From the NCBI GenBank assembly GCA_001179505.1, contig CDMY01000688.1, forward strand, positions 1 through 64,000: a DNA stretch of 64,000 nt, given 5' to 3'. A model generated the notes under the pieces. It was not told the origin of the DNA. It searched no databases and saw only the letters and a list, made by a program, of their open reading frames with translations. Position numbers and translations under genes: made by a program. Source of the stretch: Vitrella brassicaformis CCMP3155 (taxonomy: Eukaryota; Protista; Chromerida). Below are positions 11,750 through 22,691 of the stretch, piece by piece. Numbering within the stretch: the stretch's first letter is position 1; every line of letters starts with the position of its first letter.

Positions 11750-14030
11750 TCAGCACCGTGAGAAGAGGCCGCAGAGCCACCCCTTCTCCTGACGGGGGCT
11801 CTGCGACCGGTCCCGCGCCTGGTGCGTCAGCGAGAAGTGGCGCGGCTGGTGGTGGCGCGGCTGGTGGTGGCGCTGCCGGGGTGGGAGGAGCGGGAGCAGC
11901 AGTGGTGCTGGAAGGGGTGGTGGCAGCAGGGGGAGCCGCACGTGGGGGGGCGGGTAGGGGTAGGGCGGGTAGGGGTAGGGCGGGAGGGGGAAATGGACAG
12001 GGGCGGGGCGGGGGTGAGGGGTGTGGTGTGCGGCAGGGGTAGCGGCGATGGCATGGGAGCCAACAGGGCGGGCTCCTGGCACCGCTGAATCAACCTGACG
12101 GACGACACACACATGGACACACCACATGGTCGAATCTCTGGCTGAGAGAGCTACGTACTGATGGTGCGTGTTAAGTGGGGCATGTACCTGTGACGCCCCC
12201 GCTTTGCGAGCCGCCTGGCTTGGCAGTGCCTTGCTGTCCTCCGTGTTGGCGCCGCGGGGGCACGGGCGGGTGGCGGCAGGTGGAGGAGGGTTGGCAGCCA
12301 CCTCCTCCTCCTCCTCCTCCTCCTCCTTGGCCTTGAACCAGGCCAGCTGGGCCTTCAGGTTCGCCAACTCACTCTCCAGCCCCGCGTGGTCAGTCTGAAA
12401 GAGACAGCATACAGACCATTTGTGCCGAAGGTATCTTTGTGTGCAGGTGCTGTGTGTGAGACGCGGCGCTTGTCGAATGCGTACCAGCCGGTCCTTCATA
12501 GCGGCCACCTCGGCCCTGAGGGCCTCCGCCTCGGCTTTGAGGGCCGCGTCACGCTCCTGAGGAACAAAAGATAACACATCAGGATAGAATCCGGTGTCGG
12601 TGTGCTGGGCGACAGAGAGAGTGTAACCCTTTGCATACCTCTCTCTCCTCCTCCTCCGCTATCCGCCTCTCGCCCAGCTCCAGCAGGGCGAGGGCCTCCT
12701 CGGTCGTCAGGGCGTTGAGCCGCCCGTCGAGCTCCTGTCACACAGACACATCACGGGCATCATCTCAACTGAGCGGACGGTCTTCCCATTGCGAATGTGA
12801 GCAAGGTTACCCCCGGGAACTTGGCATGCAACAGAGCGACGTCCCTGGTGAACGTCTCCCAGTCCCGGGGGGTGAGGATGGTGTTGGCTGCGCCTTCCGG
12901 TGCTTGGCCAATAGTGGGCGACAGAGGACTCGCCATGGTGCTCACGCGGTGCTGCTGCTGCTCACGCGACAGCCTTTTCTCTCAAATTGCGCGGTCGACG
13001 ATGACCTCGCACCGAGAGGCTTTTCCCCGACGTCAACCAGCAGTGGCCGCTCCTTGCACAAGGCCTGAGGAGATAGAATGTGGGAGACATATCAATCAGG
13101 TGGGTAGGAAACGGCCTAAACATGTCTCTCGCTTGGACATACCTCTGCCAGATTGCTCCTGTGCTGCTGCAACGCCTCTCACGGCATGCCGCTTGAATTT
13201 CTACAATGCAAAACACACCACATCCACACACATCAAACCCTTCATTGCATCAAATAGGGCGTCTTCGGTGCGAACACAAGCCCGCTCACTCCAGGGAACT
13301 TCGTGGCCAGCAACGGCGTCGGCCACGAATGATTCCATGTCCTGGGGGTCGGGTCATTCGGCGCCCGGTCGAGGATCTCGGCCGGCAGGGGCTCCTCGTC
13401 TCTGAGAAAGAGTACAATGACACACACCAGATGAGATGGAACCATCGCGTGCATGGTGGCATCCAATACCTCTTTCTACAGCCTCCGATACGCCTTTGCC
13501 GCCTCCTCTAGGCGCCCTCACAGGCGTGTCCCCGGCCTGAGGAAGCAGGTCGGAGTGCTCCGCCACTTCCGTAATACAGATGATAGCAGAGGACGGACAC
13601 AATTAGTTTGGAAAAAAGGGAACATGGTACGACGGCCGCCCAAGTTGCTGCCGTCGATCTGGTGGTCTCCCTGCTCATCAAGGAACACACACACGCCCAT
13701 GAGCTGTTTATGTTTGGATGCGGTGCCTGTGTGCACTGAAACACCTCAACTCGCCTCACCGCAGGTTGCCGGGCCTGCTCATGAGGCCCACCATCTTGGA
13801 CGTCCATCCCTGGTCGTCGTCGATGGCGGGCTGGGCAGGCAGCGGCATCACCTGCTGGGGCTCGCAGGGCGGCAGGAGGGCTCGGTGGGTGGCCCGAAAC
13901 TGGCCGAAGCCTGGACACACACGCACACACACACACACACACACAGACATCCTGGCACATAGGCGCGACCCAACGTTAGGGAGGATCTTTACTTGTCGAA
14001 TGGCATCGGACAAGGGTGAGGAGATTCATG
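11750..14030 (-). pseudogene. Mosaic family copy D: kinase N-lobe exon fragments joined to coiled-coil and Pro-rich scaffold exons
   Basis: Exons ERDAALKAEAEALRAEVAAMKDRL, TDHAGLESELANLKAQLAWFKAKEEE and VDSAVPG+Pro-rich match copy B (19261-20130). The 5' part carries the duplicated kinase exon, followed by an exon with a frameshifting deletion (~16 nt) relative to 9660-9730. Confidence 0.7.
13754..13920 (-). repeat. Second copy of the 167-bp kinase exon
   Basis: Near-identical to 9809-9975. Confidence 0.95.
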
Positions 14031-15672
14031 TATTCCGCTTCCTCTGTTCAACTAATTTTTTGCCATCTCGCACCCGCCGTCTCCTTGACATAGTTGAGCC
14101 ACAGTGCCTCCTGATGGGCGTCGATGACGCTCTTTCGCGTCCACGGCGGCACAAGAAACAGGCTGAGAGCCGCCACCGTGTGACGCCGCCCTTCTTTCGT
14201 TGCCATGGCGCTCGGACCACCCTGCCAGATGTGCCTGTGCCCACCATGCCGGTCTTGTGGGGGGAATGGTGCCCCGGTGAACTGACGAATTCGAAGGAGA
14301 AGGAATGCAGCGCGTGTTCGCTTCTTTTGTTCCTCGCAACCTCCTTTTTTTACTTTGCCGTCTCCCTTTGGCCGCGTCGCGAATAGTTTCTCTCGCCGCG
14401 ATCGCTAGCAAAACTGGCCGGTGCGTCTGCCGCAATGAGTTGGCCTTTGGCATCCTGTTTGTGCATCCTATTAGCTGTCTTCTCCCCTGCTCGTGCGGCT
14501 TTGCAAAGGTAACCGATCTGCATGTCCTGCTGTCGTCATCATTGGCTGCCTTTTGTTTCAGAAGGGCTTGGTCAGCCAAGGCTGAGATCTTGCAAAGCGT
14601 TGGCATCTCGGAGCGAGGCACCGGTCAGATCTCGAGAGATCGAACCACCATTCCATGCCGTGAGTGATGTTTGTGCACCACTGCCAGGATGCATTGAGAA
14701 GAAGACCGATTGGACGGCATGTGAGGACATTTGATGCTTTGCCAGCCATCCCATCGAGTGCGTTGACCGCGGCATTCCGGCCGCCGTGCGCTCGGCGATC
14801 GCAATTGCACATGCACCGGTGCATCTATGTTCATTTGGCCGGAGCAATGCAAGCCCGCACCGCTAACTCCTTCGTTCCCTCCATCCCTCGCCCGCTGGTC
14901 ATGCTCATCACGGAATAAATGGATGGATGGATGGATGAAGGAAAGGCAGCAAAGAGGCAGCAGCGAGTGGCAATGAACGGCCACCAATCGTATGCCCAGC
15001 ACCTGGTGCACCCCAACGAAACCTGGATGGAGGCCGGCAGGCAGGCAGGCGGCAGGCACTACATTGTATGTTGTTGTATCGTCGTTCATGTGTTGTGTGC
15101 TAGGCATGGACACATACCTAGGTAGATAGATAGACAGACAGACAGGCCCCATAGCACTGACACACTCGAGAGAGAGTGCTGCATGTGTGCATCGCATCTG
15201 TCGCAGTGAAACGAGCGCCGGCGCCTCGCCGATCTCTTCTGGTTCTGTCTTGCCTTGCTGTCTGCCTGTCTGCATGTCTGTGTGTGTGTGTGTGTGTGAG
15301 TGTGTGTGAGTGTGTGTATGTCATTCATCTACTGTTGCCGGTGTGCTTCCATCCATCTATCCATCGCGTCATTGCATCGCATCTGCATACCTCTGACTAG
15401 ACTGACTTGGATGACAAGCGATTGGGACGGTTCCATACGTCCACGTATGCCTGAGACTGACTGGTGTGCGTGTGAGGGACAATATGTTGTAATGACCATC
15501 GCATTCACGCAAGTGTGCAGTCAATCCATCCGTCTGAATCACATATTCAGGGCCACACAATTGGGGGCACACTCGTAGTAAACTTCGTTGTAATCCTCCT
15601 GATCCGTCTCCTTTCCTTCTCTGTATGAATGGGTGCATCTTCTCCTGACAGGCGGTATCTGCATCAACGAAA

Positions 15673-15708
<36 letters not shown>

Positions 15709-15736
15709 ATGCGGGCCCCTGGATATGGATGGTGAG

Positions 15737-18628
15737 TCACACCGTCTGTCTACGTCCCACCCGCCCGCCCGCCCACCGACCCAGACGTGTCGAAGCCGAT
15801 GGTTGAGTCCTTCTCGATGCTGATGTCCCACATGGTCGCCTTCTTGTCGAATATCTCATCCCAGCCGCCCCCATGCCGCTCCTCCCCGACCTGGATGTAC
15901 ACGCCTGTATACTTGCGATGCTGTAACCACGGGTCAACCGGGATGTCCTCCTGGTGTCGCATCTTGGCCGCGATGTCCTCAACCGTGTCCGACAGCGTCA
16001 CGTCCACCGTGACGGTCCTCTCTGCACAAATAGAAGAGACAGAAGCGAGAGTTCCCACCTTCCGTCTGTGCGTGTGCGTGTGGGCATACATATCCACGTA
16101 CCTTCAGAGACCCTGAAGAAGATCGAGAAGGTTGGTCCCAACCAGCCCTCATCAGACAGAACAGCTGAAAACACAAACACGACAGGATGATGCGATGGTG
16201 CACCACGCCTGGCCGTCCGTGTGTACCTGTGGCTATGGCCTCGTCGTCCACCTTGTCGCGCACACAGGCCGCTGTGACGGGGCAGCCAGCGGCACCACAG
16301 CCGTCGCCCTGGGGCACCTCGGTGGTGTAGAGGGAGATGCGTGCCAAGTGTCCCTCGAACCTGGTCATCTTGATGTAGACGGGACACGCGTCGCCCTCCT
16401 TGTCGCCACACAGGGCGACGAGACGGCATGGGCGGCCGTAGCTGGCGAAGTCGACGGTCCGGCAGCCCCACAAGGAGGGCGTCGGCTGGTGGATGAGGGC
16501 ACTGATGCGGTCATACTCAGCAGACAGCGGCTGCCAGGACCGACATGACACCAACCGCAACCTCTGCGGCGCCAACCTGGAAGAAAGAGCGGAGAGACCG
16601 GAAGTAGAGGGAGACACATTGCTGCCCCGTGTTGCCCCATTACGCGAATCCCTGCACACCTCTCGATGATCATTGAGCGGAAGCTGCTGTACTCTGTCCC
16701 CCGCCCTACTTCTATACACACAACCAACACAACCAGGGTACACAGCACAACCAGGGTCCTTCTGGGACCCTCCGCTTGACTACATACCTTCGCAGCCAGG
16801 GTCCCCGGCATCGGCTCGAACTCGAAACCTCTCTGGCCAGGCGCTAAGTCCCACGCTAAACCACATCCGCGTCAGCTGCAGGTCCTCGCCCAGTCTGTGG
16901 CCATAGAGTGTGAACTGTCGCACACTGGGGGGACGCCTGTCGACTACCGCCTTGGTGCCGATACGCTGCAGGTCGTCAGCCCTCAGCTGGATGCGCAGCG
17001 CCGTGAGCCGCCCATGGTGCTGGGCCAGCCGCAGCAGCCCCTCATTGCCCTTCCAGTCGCCCCCCGTCACCAACACATAGTGCAGGCGGACGAGCCAGTG
17101 TGGGCGACGGACATCCCGAGATCGACGCAGAGGACGGTAGCCCATCACGCCGGCCACTGGCACCATGAGGGCGTCGATGTGCGGCACCAGGGCGGCCGCC
17201 ACGGTGCTGCCGACCGCCGGTGAGGTACAGCAAAGTCTGCTGCTGATCTTGGCGAGTGCGGTGTGGGGCCCCTGATTGGCACTGACGCTGCAGCGGCTCC
17301 ACTCGGCTACGAAGGGGAGGAGGGCCTGGTGCATGAGGGGCTCGGGCAGGCCATGCAGCTGACGAACGAACCGGAACGCCAACGTGCCTTCATCCTGACA
17401 CGGAGGCAGTGACACCCACACACTGGTCGTCTCGTCATGCGAGCTTAAAGTAGCGCGCAGTGGCCGGCTGTACCTTCTTCTTCGTTTCGGTGGCCTGGGT
17501 GGCGTCTTCATCGTCGGCGTCGGCAGCCTCAGCGTCTGGGGCGACGAGCTCGAAGCTCCTGGCATGGCCCTCCAGCTGAAGACAAACACACAGACCGTAG
17601 AAGCCACATACGTCACGAGCCGACGGATGGACGATGTGTGTGTGTATTGTGAACGTACCAGTGCCACGCCGTCTACTCGCTTGAGCTCCGCCTGCAAGTG
17701 GTCCAGTGCGTCGGACATGCCCACGACGGCACCCTCCAGCATTGGCAGGCTGCCCGCAGCCACCGACCCCTGCACCGCACCCACAGGCCAGGCCACACAA
17801 ATGCAAGCACGAGTCAGTAGGGGAGGGAGAGCCGACTGACCTTGCCAGCGAGATACCTAATGGCCTCACCCGCCTGCACACGCACACCACACACCACAGC
17901 ATCATAGCACCCGACGTCTCCGTGTCGGCGGTAGGCACATGTGCCTTTTCTTTCAGATGTCCGTTCACCTGTGAGTGCGATGCAGCCATCTGCTCGTGCA
18001 AGTGCAGCAGACGCCCAAACAGATCAACAAACCTCTGAATGACCACCACAGTGCACACACACAGAGTGGATAGGCACATGACGGTCTCTGTGCGTGTGGC
18101 TGCCGCGTGGCTCACCGACTGCTCCTCTGATGTTGGGCTGCGGCTATCATCATGTCCAAACACATTGCTATGTCCACCACCTGACCAACACGCATACAAC
18201 ACACCACCACACACACCACACAAATGAGGGTCGATGCCTCACTCCCTTTCGCTTTACTCGGCCAGTTGTTCAGCCCACCTGCCGCTGATGCCGATCCAGC
18301 AGATAGAGAGAACATGCTGGCTGCTATGCTTACCGAAGCAACACGTACACCGCCTGAACAGCATTCACATAAGACAGTCCCCGGGTAATCTCCTATCGTC
18401 CATGAGCGTACCGTCAGATGGCAGTAAGGCAGCAACGGCACAATCGACCAGTCACTCAGTCAGGCCTGCTGTCGAATGAAGAACCAGGGAGCGAGGATTA
18501 GCAAGGGACTGCCGACGGCCGCATCAGCGGAAGCTGCAGCAGCAAATGACACCGAACAACGCTCAGGTGCTGCACAGTGCAGCAACCGACCAATCCATTC
18601 AGAACTCACCTGGGCTGCGAAGATCCAT
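15737..18628 (-). pseudogene. Mosaic family copy C: shared first exons, coiled-coil exons, unknown domain, C-terminal ubiquitin-like exon
   Basis: Promoter and exon 1 (ATG 18628, gtgag donor) match copy B at 22400-22480. Exon 2 has a 1-nt deletion versus copies A/B. A second frameshift lies at ~17435-17445 (YFKLA* versus HDETTSV frame). Exon ~15790-16025 resembles ubiquitin (TVTVDVTLSDTVEDIAAKMRHQEDIPVD...IEKDSTI). Confidence 0.7.
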
Positions 18629-18961
18629 GAGTCTCAGTGCTCGGACGTTGACCGACCGAGTCGGCTACACTTCCTGAGCATACTTCTTGCCAAAAGGCTC
18701 CGCAATCCCTCCTCCCCCTTTTCTGCGCGAGCTTGCGAGCTGAGGAGAAGGGCTCTGGCGATATTTGCCCTTCATAGCAGCCAAGAGGGCTTTGCGCCTC
18801 ATGAGCATCGCATGCATCCGATCTGCTTAGCTGATTCATGGATCCGTCCACTGCAAGAGGCGCAAACCAATGAAGCGGTGCCGGGGGCAGTGCCCTGTCT
18901 GTGTGACACTCATCGGCAAGACACAAGCACTGCAGGCAGGTCAGCCACTCATGTCAGCCAT

Positions 18962-19240
18962 AGGGGCGTCGTCAGCCATGAGTCAATCGGCAGCCACTCA
19001 AGTAGTCAATCCCCGCCAGCCAGTCGCACACACACACACACACAGGCGATTCACTGACTGCACAGACCATCCAAGTGGATGGATGGAAGCGCCTCTGCCC
19101 CTTCTCATGTCTGTATGTCTGTAGTGCTAAGTCCCTCTGTGCCCCCTCCCCGTCTGTCTGTCTGTCTGTCTGTCCGCTCACACACAAACAAAGGTGCCGA
19201 AGATGCTGTCTATCTAAAGGTCGTCGCCCACCTCTCCCTC
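18962..19240 (-). repeat. 3' UTR segment of copy B shared with ~4020-4284
   Basis: Reverse-complement match to the 3' end of copy A. Confidence 0.85.
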
Positions 19241-19260
19241 CCTCCCATCACTGCTATGCC

Positions 19261-22200
19261 TCACCGACCCGGCCCCCCGCCGCCCTGGTGCTGCTGGCTG
19301 CCTTCTGGCTGGCCTGCCTGTGGGGGCGGTGGAGGGCGGCCTCCTCGGAGGTCAACCGGTGGCCACATCGGCCGCACCGCAGGATACAGTGGTGGCTGTG
19401 CTGTCAGCGGCATTGGAGTGGCCGGTGGTCGGTGGGGCGGTCGAGCCGCCGCGCCGATGTGTGCAGCCGGGGGACGAACGAAGGCTGATGGGGGCGGTGA
19501 GAAGGGGTGGTGCTGGGGCGGGAAGGGGACAGAGGGGATGCGGTGCATCGGGTGGGGTATGTGGTGCATTGGGCGGGGTATGTGGTGCGCCAGAGGGGGA
19601 GCGGCGAGCACCTGTGGGGCGACAGGGGGGCGTCCAGCCACCGCCGAGTCCACCTGACCACACACACAGACACCATGGACGAATGTGGCCACGACGGCTT
19701 CCAGTGGTGCGTGTCAAGTGCGATATCTTGCATACCCCTGGTTTGCGAGCCGCCGCCGTGTTTGGCGTGGTGTCTTCTCTGCCAGCGCCGCGATGTGGCG
19801 GCTTCAGGGAGGCCGGAGGAGGGGCGGTAGGGCTGGTGGACGCCCTGCTCCGCTCTGCCTTGTCGGCAGCCACCTCCTCCTCCTCCTCCTTGGCCTTGAA
19901 CCAGGCCAGCTGGGCCTTCAGGTTCGCCACCTCACTCTCCAGCCCCGCGTGGACGCTCTGTAAGAGACAGCATACAGACCATTTGTGTCGAAGGTATCTT
20001 TGTGTGCAGGTGCTGTGTGTGAGTGGTGCGGTGCTTGTCGCGTGCGTACCAGCCGGTCCTTCATAGCGGCCACCTCCCCCCTGAGGGCCTCTGCCTCGGC
20101 TTTGAGTGGTGCCTGGCGCCTCTGAGGAGACAGAAGGATGACAGTGTCGTCAGCTACCGACGACGCGGCCTCAGCAGCTGATGTGGAGCCCTGAGCAGAC
20201 AGACAGACAGACAGAGGGTGTATGTGTGTATCTGTGTGGTATGTTCATCGTGTCGTACTTGACTTGAGGAGGAGGCCGCGGCAGCACCGCCAGCAGCAGC
20301 AGCACTCGACACGACCTGGGCAACAGCCGCAGATAAGCAATGGACACAATACATACCATCGTCAGTCAAGGCGCACTGCTTGTGCTTACGGGATGCATGT
20401 GTGTGGCGGAGGGTGGTCTACTGTATGGGCAAGAAGCCATCCAATATGATGGCTGTGAGTTGGCCTGCGATGCTTGCTCCTCCTGCAGACGGTGACCAAG
20501 GAGGGGAGACGACAAACAGGTCTGCAGCCTGCCTGCCCGTGACTGCGCTGCACGTTGGTGTGTGTACCTACCTCTTGTCGGCGCTTGTCGTGGTCCAATG
20601 TTGACCATCCAGGATGCGTCCCCTCATTGGCCCTCCGCATCTCATCTGAGCAGACAGACAGACAGACAGACAGAGAGACAGAGAGACAGAGAGATGGAGA
20701 GATGGAGAGATGGCAGAGAGCTGAGGCATCTGTAGGCAATGTGTTGGTTCCCTTGCCCACCCAGCCCGGGACTCCACGGGTATCCATCAGCCTCAGCCGC
20801 CCTCGCCCTCACGTAATAGTCCAACGGGACGATCCTGGGGGCGCGGCATTTGGAAGGTGGATCCATCTGAATGCCCAACAAAGGTTACTAACGGACAAGC
20901 GGAGATGTGTGTAGGGTGTGTGTTCAATCACCAGCCAGATCCAGCCCCTGTCGATGACGTCACTCTCGAGATTGTACCGCCACAGCACACGGCGCCACAG
21001 GGGCATGGACTCCGGTAAGCGCTCAGCGACCGGCTGAGACCGATCCCCTCCTGTGTCGGTCGTCCGCAGCACGATGTAGCCAAATGCGATATAGAGGTAG
21101 GCAGCGACGGTCTCGCCCGGCCGGAAGCCGCTCACCATCACACGACGACCGTCCCTCGCATCAGCATGATTTAGATCGCCATGGTCAAAGCGTTCGTCGA
21201 CAGTGATGCCCAAATCCCCTGTAATGCCCTCGGTCACCAGCCGGTCATAGCGAGGGTCACGGCCGATTTTTGCAGTGAGCACCGTCATCTTGACCCCCCC
21301 CCCTCCATCCCACCACCAGAAGTGCAGCCTGTCCAGCAGGAATGCCGAGAATGAGCGGAAGAGACAGCCGCACCGTCGGATGACAGGGTCACTCCGCTTG
21401 TAGCCGTCAGCGTATGGATGGCCGCCCGGCAAGTCACCCAACGGCACCACGCGAAAGGGCGCCTCATGGCCGATCCAATAGCTCCCGTCATTGCCGTGCT
21501 GCAGCGCCAGGCTGCAATGACGCTGCAGCGCCAGGCGGGTCCCCATGCGTGTCAGCAGGTGGCCGACGATCTTGTAGAGGGCCATGGCCAGTGGCAGCTG
21601 GTGGAAGGCCGCTGCTGTGGGCAGCGCGTCAGCCGACAGACGGAGAGGCCGCGTCGCATCAGCAGGGGTGAGCCGGTAGATGAAGATTAGCCGAAGGAAC
21701 CGACCCATTGCCCGCCACTCCTCGCCACTGCCCCGCTCCAGCACATAGATCACCTTCAAGCCGGCCTCCACGCCACCATCAATGTCGAAGGCCAAGATGT
21801 CCGCCAGCCCGAGACGCCTGATGGCCTTGTCGATGTGCTGCTGGACGCCGTTGAGCAGGGTGCTGTTGGCGGTCTCCGCAGTGTGGCCCAGCAGCTCCTG
21901 TTGCCGAGTGCGGGTGGCGATCTGCGAGCGGAGAGCGGCTCGTTTGGCATCGTCAGTCGACACGGCCATGGCGGCCATCTTGCTGATGGGCAGTGACAGG
22001 TCAAAGAGCTCGGCGGGCTGGGAGAGGGGAGGGCTGGGGGGACGGGACGCGCTAGCCGACGAGGCGCCATGCAATGCCAAACGCGCCTGCCGTCGTTCTG
22101 ACTCGCCAAACCCAGGATACCTCCCCTCCCGGATCATCTGCAACTCCTCTGTATGCGCACAGGCAGACGAGCGGCAGGTTGGCTGAGAGATGACGATGTG

Positions 22201-22430
22201 TGTGGCTGCTGTTGCCCACCATCAAGTGTGTCGTGTTGGTCTTCATCTACTTGGCGGCGATGGTGCCTGGCAGGATCAGCCAGGGCCTGCCGAGCGGCCG
22301 CGTCACGAGGAGCTGCAGCAACCAACACACCGAACTGAGTAATGCAGAGAGCTCTCCAGCTGGAGAGGTGTGTGGCAGGGTGTGGGGGGCAGAGCTCACC
22401 TGAGCTGCGATGATTGCCGCTATTGTCCAT
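19261..22430 (-). CDS. Mosaic family copy B: unknown ~370-aa domain + coiled coil + Pro-rich tail (multi-exon, possibly intact)
   Basis: ATG 22430. Large open exon ~20932-22145 is homologous to 2440-3599. Downstream exons match copy D. Stop at 19261. Middle exons were not all checked for frame. Confidence 0.7.
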
Positions 22431-22691
22431 GAGTCTCAGTGCTCGGACGTTGACCGACCGAGTTGGCTACGCTCCTGAATACCTCCCTTTCCACACAGAA
22501 GGCGTCCCCCTCCCTCCTTCTGGGAGCCCAGTGGCTGCGAGCTTAGAAAGGAGAGCCTGAGGGCAAGAAGAGGGTCCGCACGGCTTCCACAAGGCAGCAG
22601 CTGACCCAGCATCGCCTTGGCTTGGATCTGTCAAAGCGAAGACTCATCTGCTCACAAGCCTCAACTTCAACCGAGCAAACCAGCCGCGAGG

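Noticed and set aside
14030-15600. ORFs 14052-14621, 14305-14667 and 14625-15275 as genes
   Set aside because: No motifs or coherent exon chain; the region looks like promoter/UTR sequence with microsatellites.
1-22620. Autonomous transposon, Helitron or Pack-MULE explanation for the mosaic cluster
   Set aside because: I found no transposase, Rep/helicase, reverse transcriptase, terminal inverted repeats or CTRR hairpin end. Shared sequence simply fades in UTRs.
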